This document shows, in pieces, positions 1-14,729 of a stretch of DNA of 64,000 nucleotides (the stretch's first letter is position 1; each line of letters opens with the position of its first letter). The stretch spans positions 7,489,677 to 7,553,676 of the forward strand of contig CM082592.2 of NCBI GenBank assembly GCA_040954595.2. Direction: 5' to 3'. This DNA comes from Balanoglossus misakiensis (Eukaryota > Animalia > Hemichordata). The position numbers and the translations under genes are program-made. Below the pieces are notes generated by a model that was not told where the DNA came from, did not search any database, and saw only the letters and a list, made by a program, of their open reading frames with translations.

Positions 1-1699
1 CGATTGCGATTCAAGTTCAACTTGAACGAAACCTATAGTCGAAATAATCATCTCGTAAAGATGTGTGCATCGGTATTTTCCCGACATCTGCATTTTCACT
101 GATTGAATCATTTATGAGACAAAAATGGTGGAGTGACGGGCTAAAATAAACACATATAGTGTACACGTGTTGTTCAAGAGCGACTTTGGAGCATTTTAAT
201 CATTTTGTTTTACACCAGTCTTTTTTACATGTAATGTCAGGTCTGGGGCGTCTAAACGCTGGGTTCAGAAAGCCAACCCTTGGTATTCCAAATCCACTTG
301 CGCGGCACACAGGCAGTTTGTGTAGTCGTGTCTCTGCCACTGAAACTCCAAGCTATTCTAGAATTGGCAGTAACAGCCCGGCACTTAGAGTACATGTACA
401 TCCAAAGAGAGAATATTAATGGATTGCCAACATCTTGAAATGCGCGGGCGTCATGATCCGCTTCTCGAGCAAGCTATACCTCTCACCTTTTCCACATTCG
501 TCGTTCTTGTATCAGCGATTTGGTGGTTGCATGTCACCACGTGAATACATTTGACAGAATCACTATTCTGGTCGATTTGAGGCAGGGTTTGTAACTGCAA
601 CATTTGGCATTCCGTTTCAAATTTTCTTTGGAAATTACTGGACAAACCAAGTCGGAGAAATTGTATAGCTTTTTTTGCAATTACCTCGTTCTGTGTGGGC
701 CTACACATTACACGTTTTTTTCAAAGCCATATTTCTTATCAAATGCGAAGGTGAAACCTTTAAAAATGTATTTTCTCTGAGTATCTGAACTATCTATCAA
801 TTGCATGTAATTAGTTTACTCGAACCCTGAAATTCTCATTATTTGAAATATGTCATTGAAAAGTGTATACCTTCAAGATTTGGTGTTGCTTTCTAAAAGT
901 GAGCTTCTCGTAAGAATAATAGAAGTTGACGTAAACCGAATATCTTCTCGAGATCGAGAGGAGGGGAGAAAGAGGGGGGGGGGAAGTGAAAGGAGAGAGA
1001 GATATAATAGGAATGAGGGAGATTGAGTTTTACACTCTGACGGATACACCCCCAGGGGACAATAGAGACAGAGAAACATCGTCAAGGGAACAGAGAAGAG
1101 ATCACATTTTGGCTTTATCAAAAACATGCGTTCTCCTTTAATCTTTTTGAGAAGATCTCTCAGTTGTTGTAAATGAAAAGAAAAACCATCCCATCTCAGT
1201 TTATCACACTACTGTTTGAATTTGTTTGGCGTTGAATACGAAGTGAATTTGTTTTGTTCTGTTCAGGATGAAAAATATATGGGCCTGCCCGACTGTATTA
1301 GAAACTCGAACTAATTTTAATCCATCATTCCCCATGGAGACCAAGAAAATACCAGACGTCAAAGAAGGGACGTGTTTACTTAATAGTAGCCATTACTCCC
1401 GGCAGCTAAGATGTTTTGTGTTTTGTGTGAGTGGGGTGGAATGAAAGAACGCCGACATGCAACTTCATGATAGGGAACTAGCATTGATCACGTTGTGGCC
1501 ACTGGCTATGAGAGATGAACGGCGAATCATACATCACGACCCACGTTTCGCTTGAAAGAGGACCCTGGTTTTTTTCTCCCGGGGGTACAGGATGGTTTGC
1601 CCCGCTTTTAAGCCGGTGTTGTTAGTCGCGCGTTTCTTTTGATCGCGCACATCGGAATATTAAAATTCAGCAGCGGCTCAGCCTCTAGGTGAGGGCATA

Positions 1700-2020
1700 A
1701 ACCGTATTTAAAAGGGAGATAGAGGCGCGGTGGGGCGGGTGGTAAAAACAGAACGACATTTCACTCCGCTGAGCACTACACTTTGTCCGTCTCCGTCTCC
1801 GCTGAGTGGGATCCACTTCTAACGTTCGTTCGCCCAACTCTTGATCGACGCGGCAATGCTTGTCGCCCGGCGGCCCGCAGCAACAGACACCCAGAAGCAG
1901 ACACCGTGTAAACCACAGTTCACCTTGTCGTATATCTGTGGCTTCCCACAGTGTTAGCGGGGGGCCACGCTGTCGGATGGAAATCACACAGCGACGCGAC
2001 GTCGGGTCGACCTATCGCAG
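1700..2020 (+). promoter_or_regulatory. Candidate distal promoter and non-coding first exon
   Basis: TATTTAAAAG at 1705, GC box GGGGCGGG at 1732, CpG-rich block ending sharply at donor CAG|GTAAAC (2020/1). Confidence 0.4.
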
Positions 2021-2074
2021 GTAAACACTGAACTCCACAAGAAGCAGTCATAGTTTTATACAGAATTGTTTTTC

Positions 2075-2210
2075 ATATAATTATCATATCGTATAAAAAT
2101 CATATATCATAAATCATATCATATCATATCATCATATCATAATATCATATCATATCATATCATCATATCATATCGTCTATCATATATATATATCATGCCA
2201 TATCATATCA
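2075..2210. repeat. (CATAT)n pentanucleotide repeat, imperfect
   Basis: Directly visible. Confidence 0.9.
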
Positions 2211-5200
2211 GGTTGCATTGTATAATTCTTTATTTTTGTTTAAAATTTTGTGTAGTGTATACGTGTCACGTCTTACTCAAGTAAGGGCCTGGAGAGAAGT
2301 AACACGGGGGGGGGGGGTGATTCCATTTGCACATTTCAGGACTGTGTTCACAGCACTGAATACAGCCAGTGCAGTGGAGGCACGAACAAAATATTGATGT
2401 ATATGTATTTCATACTACATTGACGTTGAAAGTGTTGACTTCAACAATACCGCTCCCTGTATGTCCGGGTTAATGTTTCTGGGCGATGGAAATGATAACC
2501 GCACGACAAAATGGCCGTACATGGCGGCCATATTGGATCGTATCGTGAAACACACTGATAGACATTGGAGCATAAAATGATGTTTGCCCGTGTGTGACAA
2601 ATTTGAATAAATCCGGCTAAAGCTTGTCTAAGTAGGCCTAATAATGGCTGTGGACGGAGCCAGTCTAGAAGCACCCACCTCCCTTCTTTCCGACTCCCCA
2701 GGGCTAAGATACTTTTTACAGATAAAATGTAAAAGTAGGGCCTACGTTTTTGTATCTATGCCGTGTCGCCTCTCCGGATATCGAATCTCGTGTGAAACAC
2801 CCATAAAGTGATAAACGAAGTGTCTGGCAGTGTTGTGACGGTGGTGATTATATCATATCGGAAGGTTTGAACTTACGCTCCGAGGAAACAATTTATAACC
2901 GTTACAGTGACAGGACATTGCGCAAGGCCTGTCTGATTTTCCCGTGAAGGGTCGATGAAATCCACGCACCTGTTAAATATCGTTGTTGATTCTTTCGATA
3001 CTTTATCGATGACATGCACGCAATAATGGCGTCTCAAACCACAATTCAAGGTCGGTGTGACACAGAAACAGTAAATCTTAGCCGATTTGGATCATTTCTC
3101 CTTCTACCTTGGAAATCCACGCTCATGAAGCAAAGTTGTCTCAAATTGTTAATTCAAAATGGCTGCCAGGAGTTCCCCTTATTGTCGTGTACTACTTGAA
3201 TATCATTTAGCAGACAAAACGACGATAAAACTACCATTAGTGATAAATTTGCTGTACGCACAGGCTGTGATAAGATGGCGAGGCTGGTTGAAACAGGTGT
3301 GTTTGTGTTTTATGTAAAGGCTGATAAACGTTAACCATTTCTAATACAAGTACTTTGCCCATAATGCCACATTACAGCCGATCTACCGAGAATTAAATAA
3401 TTATGATACTTCTGATCGTGAAATTTAGAGCTGTGATTGCTATCGGACGAAAACCAAATATGACATCGTATAAATTTATGACCATTCGTTATGTATGATC
3501 TTTTTCATAATTCATACGTTCGTGTAAGCTGATTAGACTAGTTGTACATGTTACACCATAGGTCGAATGACCCCATATTATATGCAGTAAATTTTCGTCA
3601 CATATGGTATTATATTGTCGTGGTGCTTGTCAGACACGCGGTCAGTGCGTTGTTTTCAGCTTTCAAAGCTTTAGGCCTATACAACATGTATGTGGAAAAC
3701 GAGAACGGTCCTGTGACGTGTTATTTTCTGAAAATTTCCACAAAAGACGCAGGAAAAAAGTTTATCCAATGATATTAAGGTGAACATTGTGCCACGGTGC
3801 TTGAAAATTTGATAGAGCAGTTAATATATTTCCACGGTAGGCTGTAAACCCTATCCTACCACCGTATTCGAGACCCTCTGTCTATTAACTGAACATAGAG
3901 GGCGGGAACACCAATGGATGTAGTCTGTGACTTTTGTATTCACAATTCTAGTGATGTATACATTATTATACTTATTAAGGATATGTATCGTTAATTGAGA
4001 ATACAACTGAAATAAGCCAGAGTTGTTGCGAGAATGAGATGCTGCGACCAGCCATATTAGATGTAAAAAAAGTCAAGCGGTATTTTGAGATAAACACACA
4101 ACCTGAAGCAAACGGGAGCAGGAGTGTTGTATACAGTGAAAGTTGGCCTGAAGGACAATGTATTTGATGCGTTGGGTTCCTTTAAATATAACACGTGTCA
4201 GTTTCTTGCAAGGATCTAGGTCTACTAATTACAAAACACACCTGGGAGCATTTCTTCTCCAGAGCGCTATTAGGAAAATTAAAAACCAACTTCACTCGCC
4301 AATCCCCGTCAGAACCCGACCAAAAAGGTTCACTATTGCAGCACAGGCAATAATCCGATTTAAACGCAGTACGTCACGAAAGAGGACGCCATTTTCTTTT
4401 GGGTCGTGTCTCCGGCTGTGATTGGACGAGCGCGTCTCGCCATCCCCCCCCCCTCCCCAAAAAAGAAGAAAAATTAAAGTTAACGGATATTAGTTGCAGT
4501 TTCTTATCCCTGTGGCATGCTCAAGGGATCGATATTGTCTGTGTGTAAGTTTAGCCCCTACGCGTGAGAAAAAAAATCACATTGTCACGCTGACAAACGA
4601 TCTCCTTTTCAGAGTTGCATTCGATTCAATTTTCAACGATGCCGATTGTATGCACATATTCACAGTGCGAGTGCTTGTGACATTATTATAAAGGCTGTGC
4701 TGATCTCAATACTGCGCATGTCATCCTATATTTAAGGGACTTGGACAATGATGAACAATGATATACACAGATCGCGATTTCTGGAGAGAGAGAAAATATA
4801 GCCCAAAGTTGCAGCGAGTGGGTTTTTAAGTAGTCCCGTTTTCAGTTTCTTTTTCTCAGAAAGCAATAGGCCTAAGCCGCTAGGCAGATTTGTCGGTCAC
4901 ATATTTCTGTGTAGCAAAAGGGGGAGGGGTGTGAGCAAGGCGAGTTATTTGTAATATTTCACGCCAATTCCGAGAATGTCGGAAAGACTGTCGGAAAGTG
5001 CAAAATAGGGGCGCAGTATGCATACATCATTAACGTTGTTATAACAACAGTCGTACCCGCAGAGTGAGAGACTGGGTTAGGCTAATACTTTTCAGTCAAT
5101 TTTTCAAAAATCTGTACTTTCAGATCGCAACGAATCAATATCTTTAATGCAGAAATAAACCCATACAGAGATTTCAACAATGATGCATAGTCTTTGGTAT

Positions 5201-6125
5201 AAACATTTTATTCAGCCGTGAGATTGCGATTACACACGCACAGAGTGTGTTGTTTGTCACGTGTCACATTACCTGCCTAAAACCACGCGAACCTTGCGGG
5301 TCACGTGGTGTTCGGAAAATGGTCAATTACCGCGGAAAGATGAGGAGCTATGATTTCTAGGTGCAATAAACCCGCATATGTCTGCGGTGAGGATATCATA
5401 TGTCTGCCTATATCATGAGAAATTGATGGCCATGTAAAGTCGAGCTGCCCGTTCCTCTTTCAATCATACGTGAGATCCATGCCAATTCTGGCATTTTGTC
5501 CAGACATGTTTAAACGCGCCAATGTTATGATACCTGCATCGATAAACATCTCGTTGATAATTACCACCCGGACAAAAGCCCTCGAACAGTCTGTAAAATT
5601 AATTTTCACCAAACAAAGGAAAATTTCCTACGTTTGATTTATTTATAAAACGTCACCTGCTGTATAGAATTACTGAGACAAGATATTAATGGGTAATTTT
5701 AGCATGAAATTCATCTATTAAAAAGCCATATCGGGGAGATGTTTAAAAAAAATAAACGATGATCATATTGCAGACTGGTTTGTGTTTAAATACCCTTTAC
5801 TTTCACTTCGGAGGAAAGTTTTAGATTTGACCTGTGTACACGGAATCGTTTCGGAGAGATATTCTAAGCCATAACTTTTCTTTTTATCTTATTGCCATTT
5901 CATGCACCTAACAGACAAATTAGAGCTAGCATCTATACTATTCCAGATCCCGGGCGCTGACGCCCATGTCGATAAACACCCCCCCCCCCCCTCCCCAAAC
6001 AAATAAATGTTGGTGCAGTAATGTGAATTCATATTGTCGGAAGAGTTTATCATGTTGCATACAGTTTTATTATACCGTCTCAAAATACTGCCTTATGGAA
6101 AGTCATTCAAAGCTCGTAAATTGCT

Positions 6126-6690
6126 AATAACCATATTGTAAAAGTCCTTCGACTCTTTCTATTCTCTTTTGACATGAGCCGACCTTTTTCTATTTACTTT
6201 TGAGACGATGATGTAAGAATTATCGGATAGTGCGGTCTACAGTATACACTACCACTCTACTCAATCCAAGAGACTTCTATAATTATTATATATATACATA
6301 GTAAGCACATAACGCGGACGCGCATTTCAGTATCACACAGTCTAGGTGCCACTAGAAAACACCAACCTGCCATCTCGTGTGAACCAATTCGATGTTACAA
6401 ATGCATAAAATTGTGATTTAAGTTTTTTTTTCTTCATCCTAACCCCTGTGGCTGTTGTTTCTCTCACCCGTACGCGGAGAGCGTCTCAATAGTCTGGTTT
6501 CGGGAACAGTTTGAAGTCATAACCATATTTTACGCGGTAGTAAAAAGACGTCGCTGTGCCCTACCATATTGTGAAAGTCAAAGTATCCTTCGACCTGTTT
6601 TGTCCTATTTTGACCCCAGAGCCGACCTTTTCTGTTTTGTTTTGACACGACGATGTAAAAGTTACCGGTAGTGCGACCTAAAATAAACAT
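6126..6690. repeat. Diverged direct duplication of about 125 bp (6126-6250 and 6562-6690)
   Basis: Shared ACCATATTGT.AAAGTC, TCCTTCGAC, GAGCCGACCTTTT, GATGTAA, TAGTGCG. Confidence 0.75.
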
Positions 6691-6998
6691 TTACAATTAT
6701 TGCATTTTTTTTTCAATTTTCTGGCCTGTTGCGAAAGAATGGCACAATCTCACGCAGCTAATATAGGAAGATAATTAATTTGCAGTAAGTAATGATTAAT
6801 ATTTACCTGTCGGCGGAGGGATCAGGTTGACGTGGCGGTTGTCCGGTCAAAACACCTGTAAAGCTTTTTATACGCAAAAACGCATTCATCGGACAGCACA
6901 TCTGTGTGTTGCTCTTCCGACGCCGGGAACATCACAGCGGGACCGTGGTGAGGTGACTGCGCTGCCCGTCAAAAGATTTTCAAAGTCTTCACAGCCAA

Positions 6999-7023
6999 AT
7001 GTTTTTCAGATTGAATTCACGAG
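6999..7023 (+). CDS. Candidate alternative first coding exon (MFFRLNSR) of the Tudor-PHD-MYND gene
   Basis: CpG-rich block 6810-7020; AAAATG start; strong donor GAG|GTAAGG in phase 1, in frame with the acceptor at 19409. Confidence 0.4.
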
Positions 7024-9059
7024 GTAAGGCCAATGATATTCCACTGAGTCGACAGTTCGTTTCAGAAATCTTCACTTGTAAACTATCACACGATTTGGAC
7101 CGGGAAGACTATGAACCCATTTCTGATTTTTATTTGAATCTATTTTGTTGGGTTGGGTGACCCAGACTTCGATATTTACTGGCTCTATCTTCCCAGCGGT
7201 GGGTGTCCATTTATGGTTTAGTACATGTTATATATTTTCGTCAAAGCTCTAGCGGTGAGGTCTTTTCACGTTATTCATTTAATCTTTTAAAAAGTAAGAT
7301 AAGAAGTTCTGCTATTTTAGTCAATCGTTGGCAACACGGTGTGTACTCGTTGGCTCGTCGTAGAATAGATTACTTTTCCTGTGCACATTTTTTTTTTTTG
7401 AAATGACACGACTGTGCTGTGTCCCCTTTGTCATTTTTGTGAAATTTTGTCGATGGATTTTTGTAGCGGTGTCCCATAAGGAGTGATCATGTTTTATCTT
7501 TACTCCCCTACCTGACTTGTACGCTTATAAGGCTAAAAGAATTCGGCTAAACTGAGATAGTGGAGCTGAAGTTGGCAATGTCTCGAAACGGGGCGGCGGA
7601 TTCAATATATAATTGCGCCCTCGTTGTCCAAAAGATGCAGGCGTTCGAATTCTGAGTATACCTTGTACCAGCAAGTAGCTGGAAGCGCAGTTCTTGGGCG
7701 CGTTGTGTAGAGGGCACTAGGTGGGTGGAGGTAATAGAAAATTTTGAAAGATCGTCCTGTTTTACAGTAAAACGGGCTTTGTTGCCAATCTATATGGAAA
7801 TGAAATTTTCTTTAATACCAGTACATTTCATATCTTCTTTAATACAGTATGTTTGATATTTCTGGTTAATTGATATCCGGACAGGAGCTCTGCCCAGAAT
7901 TCAAATGGCAAACAAACACCATCAGTGGGCTGGCTGACAGATCGGCTCGCTTGACTGACTGTTCCCCATTACAGAATCTATAAAGGTTTTTTAAGGGCCA
8001 CAGTTTTTGAGAAATGTGACCAAGTTCCTTTTGATAGCTTACTTGTGAAATATGCTAATTTATGATCACGTCACATAACTCAACACAAACCCCGTACATG
8101 GGTATACTACACTGCTTCGAACCTTGGTGTTCAATCAGGAATCTAGCCATTTTTATGGGCGGTTTTATCTGTTGTCAAGCGACCATTTTGCTTCGCATCA
8201 TTTCATAAAATGAAAGTTCACACCAAAAAATCAACAACTGAAAACTCGACTAGCCTCACAAAGTATGAATATGCACCCCAGAAATGGTTAAAAGTTTTAA
8301 TTTGTTCGGAAATTCTGAGGCTTGCAGCCAGTACAATCGTCAGATCTATTTCTATCGACTAGACGTGACGAGAATATCAGACCACTAAAAAATGCGTTTT
8401 AATTTGGTACAAAAAACACACAGTGCTATGTCTGCATATTTTTAGAATAAGAAATATCTTAAAACCTCCTCCCTTAAAAACCCACCATATGTTTAATTCC
8501 TAAAGTCGGTCGCTGCGAAAATATCTCTCAATCAGTCAAAAAAATGCCACGTATAAAGTCCTGTGGGATGCGAACGACAAACAGGCGATGTTTGGGATCG
8601 AGAGCGTCGCCCGCGTATTTCTCGTGGCTAAGTAATAAGCAATATGCATGTTTTGGAGAGTATCTGTATAGCCACGGGGGCAGCACGTTACATGAACGAG
8701 GGGCACGAATCTTGTCGGCTGAAATCGCTGACAGTAAGTGAGTGGGCAAGTAATTTGTGAACGAGTTTCTCTTCATTTCCATATCTGGATAGCTCGTAAA
8801 GCAATTTTCATAGCTACCAGTAGAATAAAAAAAACAGCCAAGAGTTAACGTTCTGTGGAAAAATAGTAACACATTTTTTGCCGTCCCCAGGAGAATAACT
8901 CAACAATTATAATATTTGTGTCTCGGTCCGTGTGTCGTAGCGCTATCCCTTTCTCATGACTTGCTCAGACATGTAAATCGTATTACCCCAGTGATAAAAC
9001 GTGTTCAAAAATATTGCTTGCTTTCTAAGGTCATTCCATCTCGTATATTTTACATATCT

Positions 9060-9237
9060 TTAAAAGTACACAGTCAACTCAAATTGACATATGTCCTGGC
9101 AAAAATGGCGTATCCGCGTGATCTAAATAATATATGATGGAGCTCTTTTTCGCGTGTGTGCAAATTTGTGATTGGCTAGATCTTAATTTACCATGGTAAC
9201 TGTAGCTAAATTTCAGTATGTGACCGTATATCTTTAA
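9060..9237 (-). mobile_element. Kolobok-like MITE (family B), diverged full copy
   Basis: Both ends match the reverse complement of 43582-43735 and are flanked by TTAA. Confidence 0.65.
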
Positions 9238-11624
9238 TACGTCATCGAATTGTGTTGTTCTCCTTTATAGCCGACAGATGACGCTGTTTTTAATTTGTGA
9301 AGATACGAACGCGCATGTGCATGTGTGCGAATACCACTATAGTTGTGTACATCTGCAACGGGAGGTTGAATAAACGGGTTAGACACCCGTTTATTACTAA
9401 ACATGTACGGCCACAGTAGGAGTTTGATAATACATGTATGTGACTGTATACCCATCAGCAACGCTATCTAAGCGAACCACTGTAAGCTTTAAAGTAAAAT
9501 CATGAAAATAAATGAATGCAAAAATGGAGCTGACAGGTTTGTTTTAAATACCCCCAGACCCTCTCCCTCTGACCCTCTCCCAGTCTTATTATATTGTATG
9601 TATTCACTATATCCCAAGTCATTACTGGTTTCCATAACATCTTCAGACCAATGCCCTAAACAAAGGCTTTTGGCGAAATTAAACTAAACGTGTTCAAACG
9701 CAGAAGAACCCACTTGTTAAAAGAAACTAAGTGTCATTTGGTGGACACGTCACGTTCGTGTATAGTGTAATTAAATTCGTCGTTTTCGAAAAGACCTTGA
9801 ATTTGTCTAATAATAAACAATAATAATTGTGTGAGGGTGTGACCTCTGTTTGGGTGAGGCGGCGACAAAATAGCCAGGGACATGACCAATAAAAAAGCGA
9901 GCCTAAAGTCTTGTCGAAGCAGACTCCTACTTTAAACAAAAAGGGTCGCGTTTTTCTTTGTTACTGACCGGCTGCATAAATCATAGGCTAAAATTAGAAA
10001 TTCGGTTGCGAACGATCCCGGAACATCGTCACTACTCTGCCAGGCAATTATTTTTGTCACTCCACGGGCGATGGTGTGCTCACCGGGACGCGGCGGACGA
10101 CGAGAAGTGCGCCATAATTACACAGAAGGAGAAGAATCTGTTCTTTTCTAAAGGTTCATACGAAGACCCCTAAAGTCGGTATCGTTGATATAGTAAGTGG
10201 TTCTACGTATTACCGATGGACCCGATGTTCCTCGTCTGTTCTGGAAGCATTGTACATTATACACGTACCTGCGTTCGCAAAGCCAGTGATCATAGCGCAA
10301 ACGTAGGCGTTAGTTATAGTTTTTGTGGCCGAGTCGGTCCAATGATAATTTCATTTCATAAGCTTTAAAGGCCTGCAATACGAAGCCAAAGTTCGTGTGT
10401 CATCATTTAGTTGGATACATTTCTCCTCCACATCAGATTATTTCTTAAAACTTAACAGGTTTTTGGACGGTTGTCCAGCCGTTTTGTATAAACGCCTGCA
10501 GTCTCTGATATAAATAATGTCTGTCTGAGTACCGAGGTGTTTCGCATAAAAAGGCGCGAAATAGCAGCTATATATAGAACTTGCGGGAGTTTTTTTTTAA
10601 CGGCGGCACGACAAAATGGTGATGGTACCCTTTTTCAAATCGAAAACTATCCGTACAGCAGACAAAGGGGCGCCGTTCGAGTTCGTATCAAAACGCCAGA
10701 GAGACGTCACGATGTCAAGGAAATGTTCTTGTCCATGCATGGTCACGGTTTCTTAAAACACGCGGATGTAGAGAACGAAACGCGCAAAAGCTCACTTTAT
10801 TTACCCGTGCGAAAACTAATGCCTGAAACTGACTTCTCTCGTGATGTGTAGTGCCCTCAACGTCAGACGTGAGCACTGGCAGTCAAAAAAGCCAGCTCGG
10901 GCCGATTCGCTAAAATGTGATAGGCTAATATCTGATGAGGGTTTGTCACGTCGATGGCTGGCTGGAGCTACTCGATAGAACACAACCCCTCCCACGTGTC
11001 AGATTGGCACAATGTGTGTGCCGTAAGATTCACTGTCGGCCAGGAGGTGACCATCGTCGTAAATGCACTACGAGCCTCTTTACGGCAACAGGTACTGCCA
11101 CACGGCTAGAGCCTTTGGACGCTGCCTGTGTGCGACCAGGGTTACTGTTGAAAATAGTCCGAGATGAATTCGTTTGTCAACGAGGTCCATTTCCTTGTTT
11201 GTCTTTGAAACGAAATTCAATCATTAGATATTCGCTATATTCAAGAACAAGCCTGTTGTAAATTATGTGTCCAGTATTATCATGCATTTCAGTCGTATCC
11301 ACAACCAACGTTACTGTTAATTGGTCGTGACAGTAATTGGCATAGTTGATTTAAGAAACTGTTCAATTATCTGCTTCATTCTTTATTAGGCGCCAAAACA
11401 AACCCGTCAACCGTAGCAATCGATCGCAACTCAAGGGTGTCCATTCAAACATTGACAGTTTTTATCAAATCGGTCGTTGAGCCAATCAACTTAATTAGCT
11501 TTAAGAACAAAGTCGAGAGTCTCTCCAATCATCCAAGACCAAAACCTAACTAATTGCAGTGTGTGCATTTTCTCCTATATCAAGTAATATCACACCACAG
11601 GCGACTAAGGGGCTCTGAAGGGAC

Positions 11625-11782
11625 ACGTGTGTTAGTGGTCACCTCCATAAAAGGGAAAATTGTCTATAGTGGTCACTTTGTTAGATTCCATGTGCAATTG
11701 GCCCGTCTATATAGACCACCTGTTTTTATAGGCAATTTATGGAACTCGTCATGACTGACTGATACAGACGGGTTTGACTGTA
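11625..11782 (-). mobile_element. Tc1/mariner-pogo type MITE remnant
   Basis: Ends in GGTTTGACTG-TA (TA-CAGTCAAACC terminus) with internal AGTGGTC/GACCACCTG subrepeats; only one end is recognisable. Confidence 0.45.
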
Positions 11783-14599
11783 ATGCAGCTGTTCAACGCG
11801 ATAGACAACCAACTTTTCTATATGTCTGTGGTTTAATACTCACTGAAACGTCGTCAGAGCTGGGACAAGTTCAAGGGTGGATTATTTATTTCGTGGTGAA
11901 GAATTGTTCGTAACTGGAACAGCGAGGGTTTTTGTCTTATGCTCATGCAATAGCAATATCAACAAAATGATGTAATTAAACACCTATGCATTAAGGAATG
12001 ACATTTAACTGAAAAATATTAGCTGTCAAATCAATCAACATTAATCGGAAAGCCTGGCAGTGTGCCAAGGTGTCGCGATCATAATCGAGTGCTTTTGACA
12101 ATGTGGCGAACAATGCAAGTAACAGACTACAATTAATCTTGTCGTGACGTCACGACCGCCAGACTTTGCGCTTGGCTACGAGGCCCCTGCTTCATATGTC
12201 ACCATGGTTACCATCTAACCCTCCAACGGCGACATTCCGTCCCATTACGGCGGCGACTGTTGCGTCACTTTATTTACGACACCAAAGTCTGAACACTGTT
12301 CTCGTCACGGCTGCTGCATCATATCACTGACTGGGTTGGTCAATTGACCTCTTAAATAGGCCACAAGTATAGTATAGTTCGTCTGTTGGCTTTCAAGGGG
12401 GGGGGGGGCATAAAATGATCAGACGCTGAGAAGCGAAACCATGGAGACATGCAGAGCTGTAAAATAATTTCGTGTAATTTAAAAACGACAAAAATTGCAT
12501 CGTAAAACGTCATAACTGTAGGAGATCTAATGGTTTTATGGCCGACTGTACCGTTATGCTATTATGGGGTGAGAAGTGGGTGCCCCGTATATGGCCGTTT
12601 ACATAATACATTTGTATGAGCAAACAGGAGGGACAGGGTGTGTTAGGAATCCTTCGACTCGGCCAGTCATATCGTCTGCCCGGTTCAGTCTGGAAGGCGT
12701 TTACTTCACTGCCAACAGGTTACATGAAAAACAGCCTGAGTCGTAACATTTTTGGGTGAGTCGTGCGGTTCTTCTTTTTCAGATTGTTTTATGATGCTAG
12801 TGGAATGCGGGTGTTGGACACGTGTTGCCTCGGGGGTGGGCCGGGGTGTGGTGGTGGCAAGAAGCAGTTTGACAGCCACCGTGGTCTGAAGTCGAGCTTT
12901 GCAGTTTTTATGGTTGACCCGCCTCTGTTTGCACACTTTCGGAGCGTCAAGTTTGCGCCCTGTTTGCAAAAAGGGGGTGATTAATAATTCCTCTATGTTT
13001 CGATTCTCGAGTGCCAATGGCCAATAATGCGGTCCTTCAAGATAAACCAGGAGCTCCAGTTCGTCAGTGGTCCGGTCATAAGTAACGTTTCACAACAGGA
13101 ATATATATTAGCATTAGCTGTACACTTTTTATGACTTTTATAGGGCAATCTTCGCCAGGGCGAGTACTCAAGCTTAATCGCACGGTCGTGGTCTTTCGCC
13201 GCCACAACCTCAATTGGTAAATTGTGCATTATTTCGTGAGTACGCAACCGCATCAGGTTAATAGAGGGGGGGGGGGTGGGGTCTCCCCCGTCTATTATGA
13301 TGGGATGCACAGAAGTGCTCTGTTAAGGCCACAGTGGTAGCAATTTCGCTCATTAAGGAAGTATGTACCTCGAAGATCAAAGTCTGAAACGTTTTCTAGT
13401 ATTTTGCTCACGATAACTGTTGATTATGTTGGCATAAATCAGGGGTCTACATGCATATTTTTGAATGAGATAACGAAACTGTCTCAAATGAGAAATTCAA
13501 CATGGCCGTACAGTTATTTTTTGTTCTATTTTATGTATCCAACAAAGTTTTGATAACACAAATGGGTAAACTAGCGTCGGGTTTTAGAATGTGATTTTAG
13601 GATACTCAATGTTTGTTCAGACAAGCCGGAAAACATGTGACGTTATGTTATTTTTTTATAATATTCTAAACTGTCAATCGGATGCGCTCACCATGATCCA
13701 AAAGCAACAGCTTGCAATTGTACACGAGCTCCAAATACAAGGATTGTTTCTTTTAAGCGAGCGGTGTCACGTTGCTATAGGATATTTTACTCGAAACAGG
13801 AAAGATTCTTTTTTGTTGTGTTTTAAAAAACGACATTTCAGGCTTAGCTAAAGTCAGTCGACGTTCATTCTCAAAAGTTGAGCACTTAACTAGCGTGCGA
13901 CGAGTCACGTGTGAAAGGTTGAGATGATTCCGCCAATACAGAGCCACGTTTGAATGACATTTATTGCAAAAAGAGGGGGTTCCGGGTTTTGAACGTGCTT
14001 CCTATAATGCGGGCATGTGCACAGGCGGAACTTTTACACCGTACCACCACTCAGAACTTCGAATTCGGTTTATCAGCCTTCAGTCTATAATCAGTCGCCA
14101 TTTACAATCTCTCCCCGCCCCGCGTCTCCGACACTACTTACTTCGCTGTCCACCCTTTTCGCCGGATTCGGCGGGGTATATTTGTTTACGTTACACCAGC
14201 GCTAAAACATCTGTAGCAAATGTTCAAACTAAAAGCATATTTTTGTGTTGATTATGGGTCAGAAAAAATGTCCACAGAAAAATCCAATTTCAAAACAGAC
14301 GCAGACACTAAAGTTACATCAGCCTCTTTCGATGCCACAGCTGTACCCGATTGCGTCTCTGATGGCATGACTAATATGAAAACAAAAGTTATTTGAGCTT
14401 AAATTTTACATGTCATAGGTCCCATATTGATCACCCAATTGGTCACAGTCACTGTGGCTGATCTTCCTAACTTACTTTCTGGACAAAGACATGAACAAAG
14501 TTAACCCCGTAGCAACAAAATGGATTGATACCATGTCAGCTGGTGTATACATGTATTTTAAAGGGGAGTGTCGTAAGAACTGCGCATGTGCGACTTATA

Positions 14600-14662
14600 C
14601 TGTATTGTATTGTGTTGTAATCTAGACTATTGCATTGTATTGTATTGTATTGTAATGTATTG
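14600..14662. repeat. (TATTG)n repeat, imperfect
   Basis: Directly visible. Confidence 0.8.
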
Positions 14663-14729
14663 CTAGATCGCAATTTGCCATCATATGGTAACTATAACTA
14701 ATTTTCCATAGGTGACCGTATACTTTTAA
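14662..14729 (-). mobile_element. Kolobok-like MITE (family B), one end
   Basis: GGTAACTATAACTAATTTTCCATAGGTGACCGTATACTTTTAA is close to the reverse complement of the left end of 43582. Confidence 0.65.

Noticed and set aside
2825-2850. miR-34-like TGGCAGTGT starts here and at about 12055
   Set aside because: No convincing complementary arm, so no precursor hairpin.
7630-7665. GTTCGAAT B-box suggesting a tRNA or SINE
   Set aside because: No A-box at suitable spacing and no cloverleaf.
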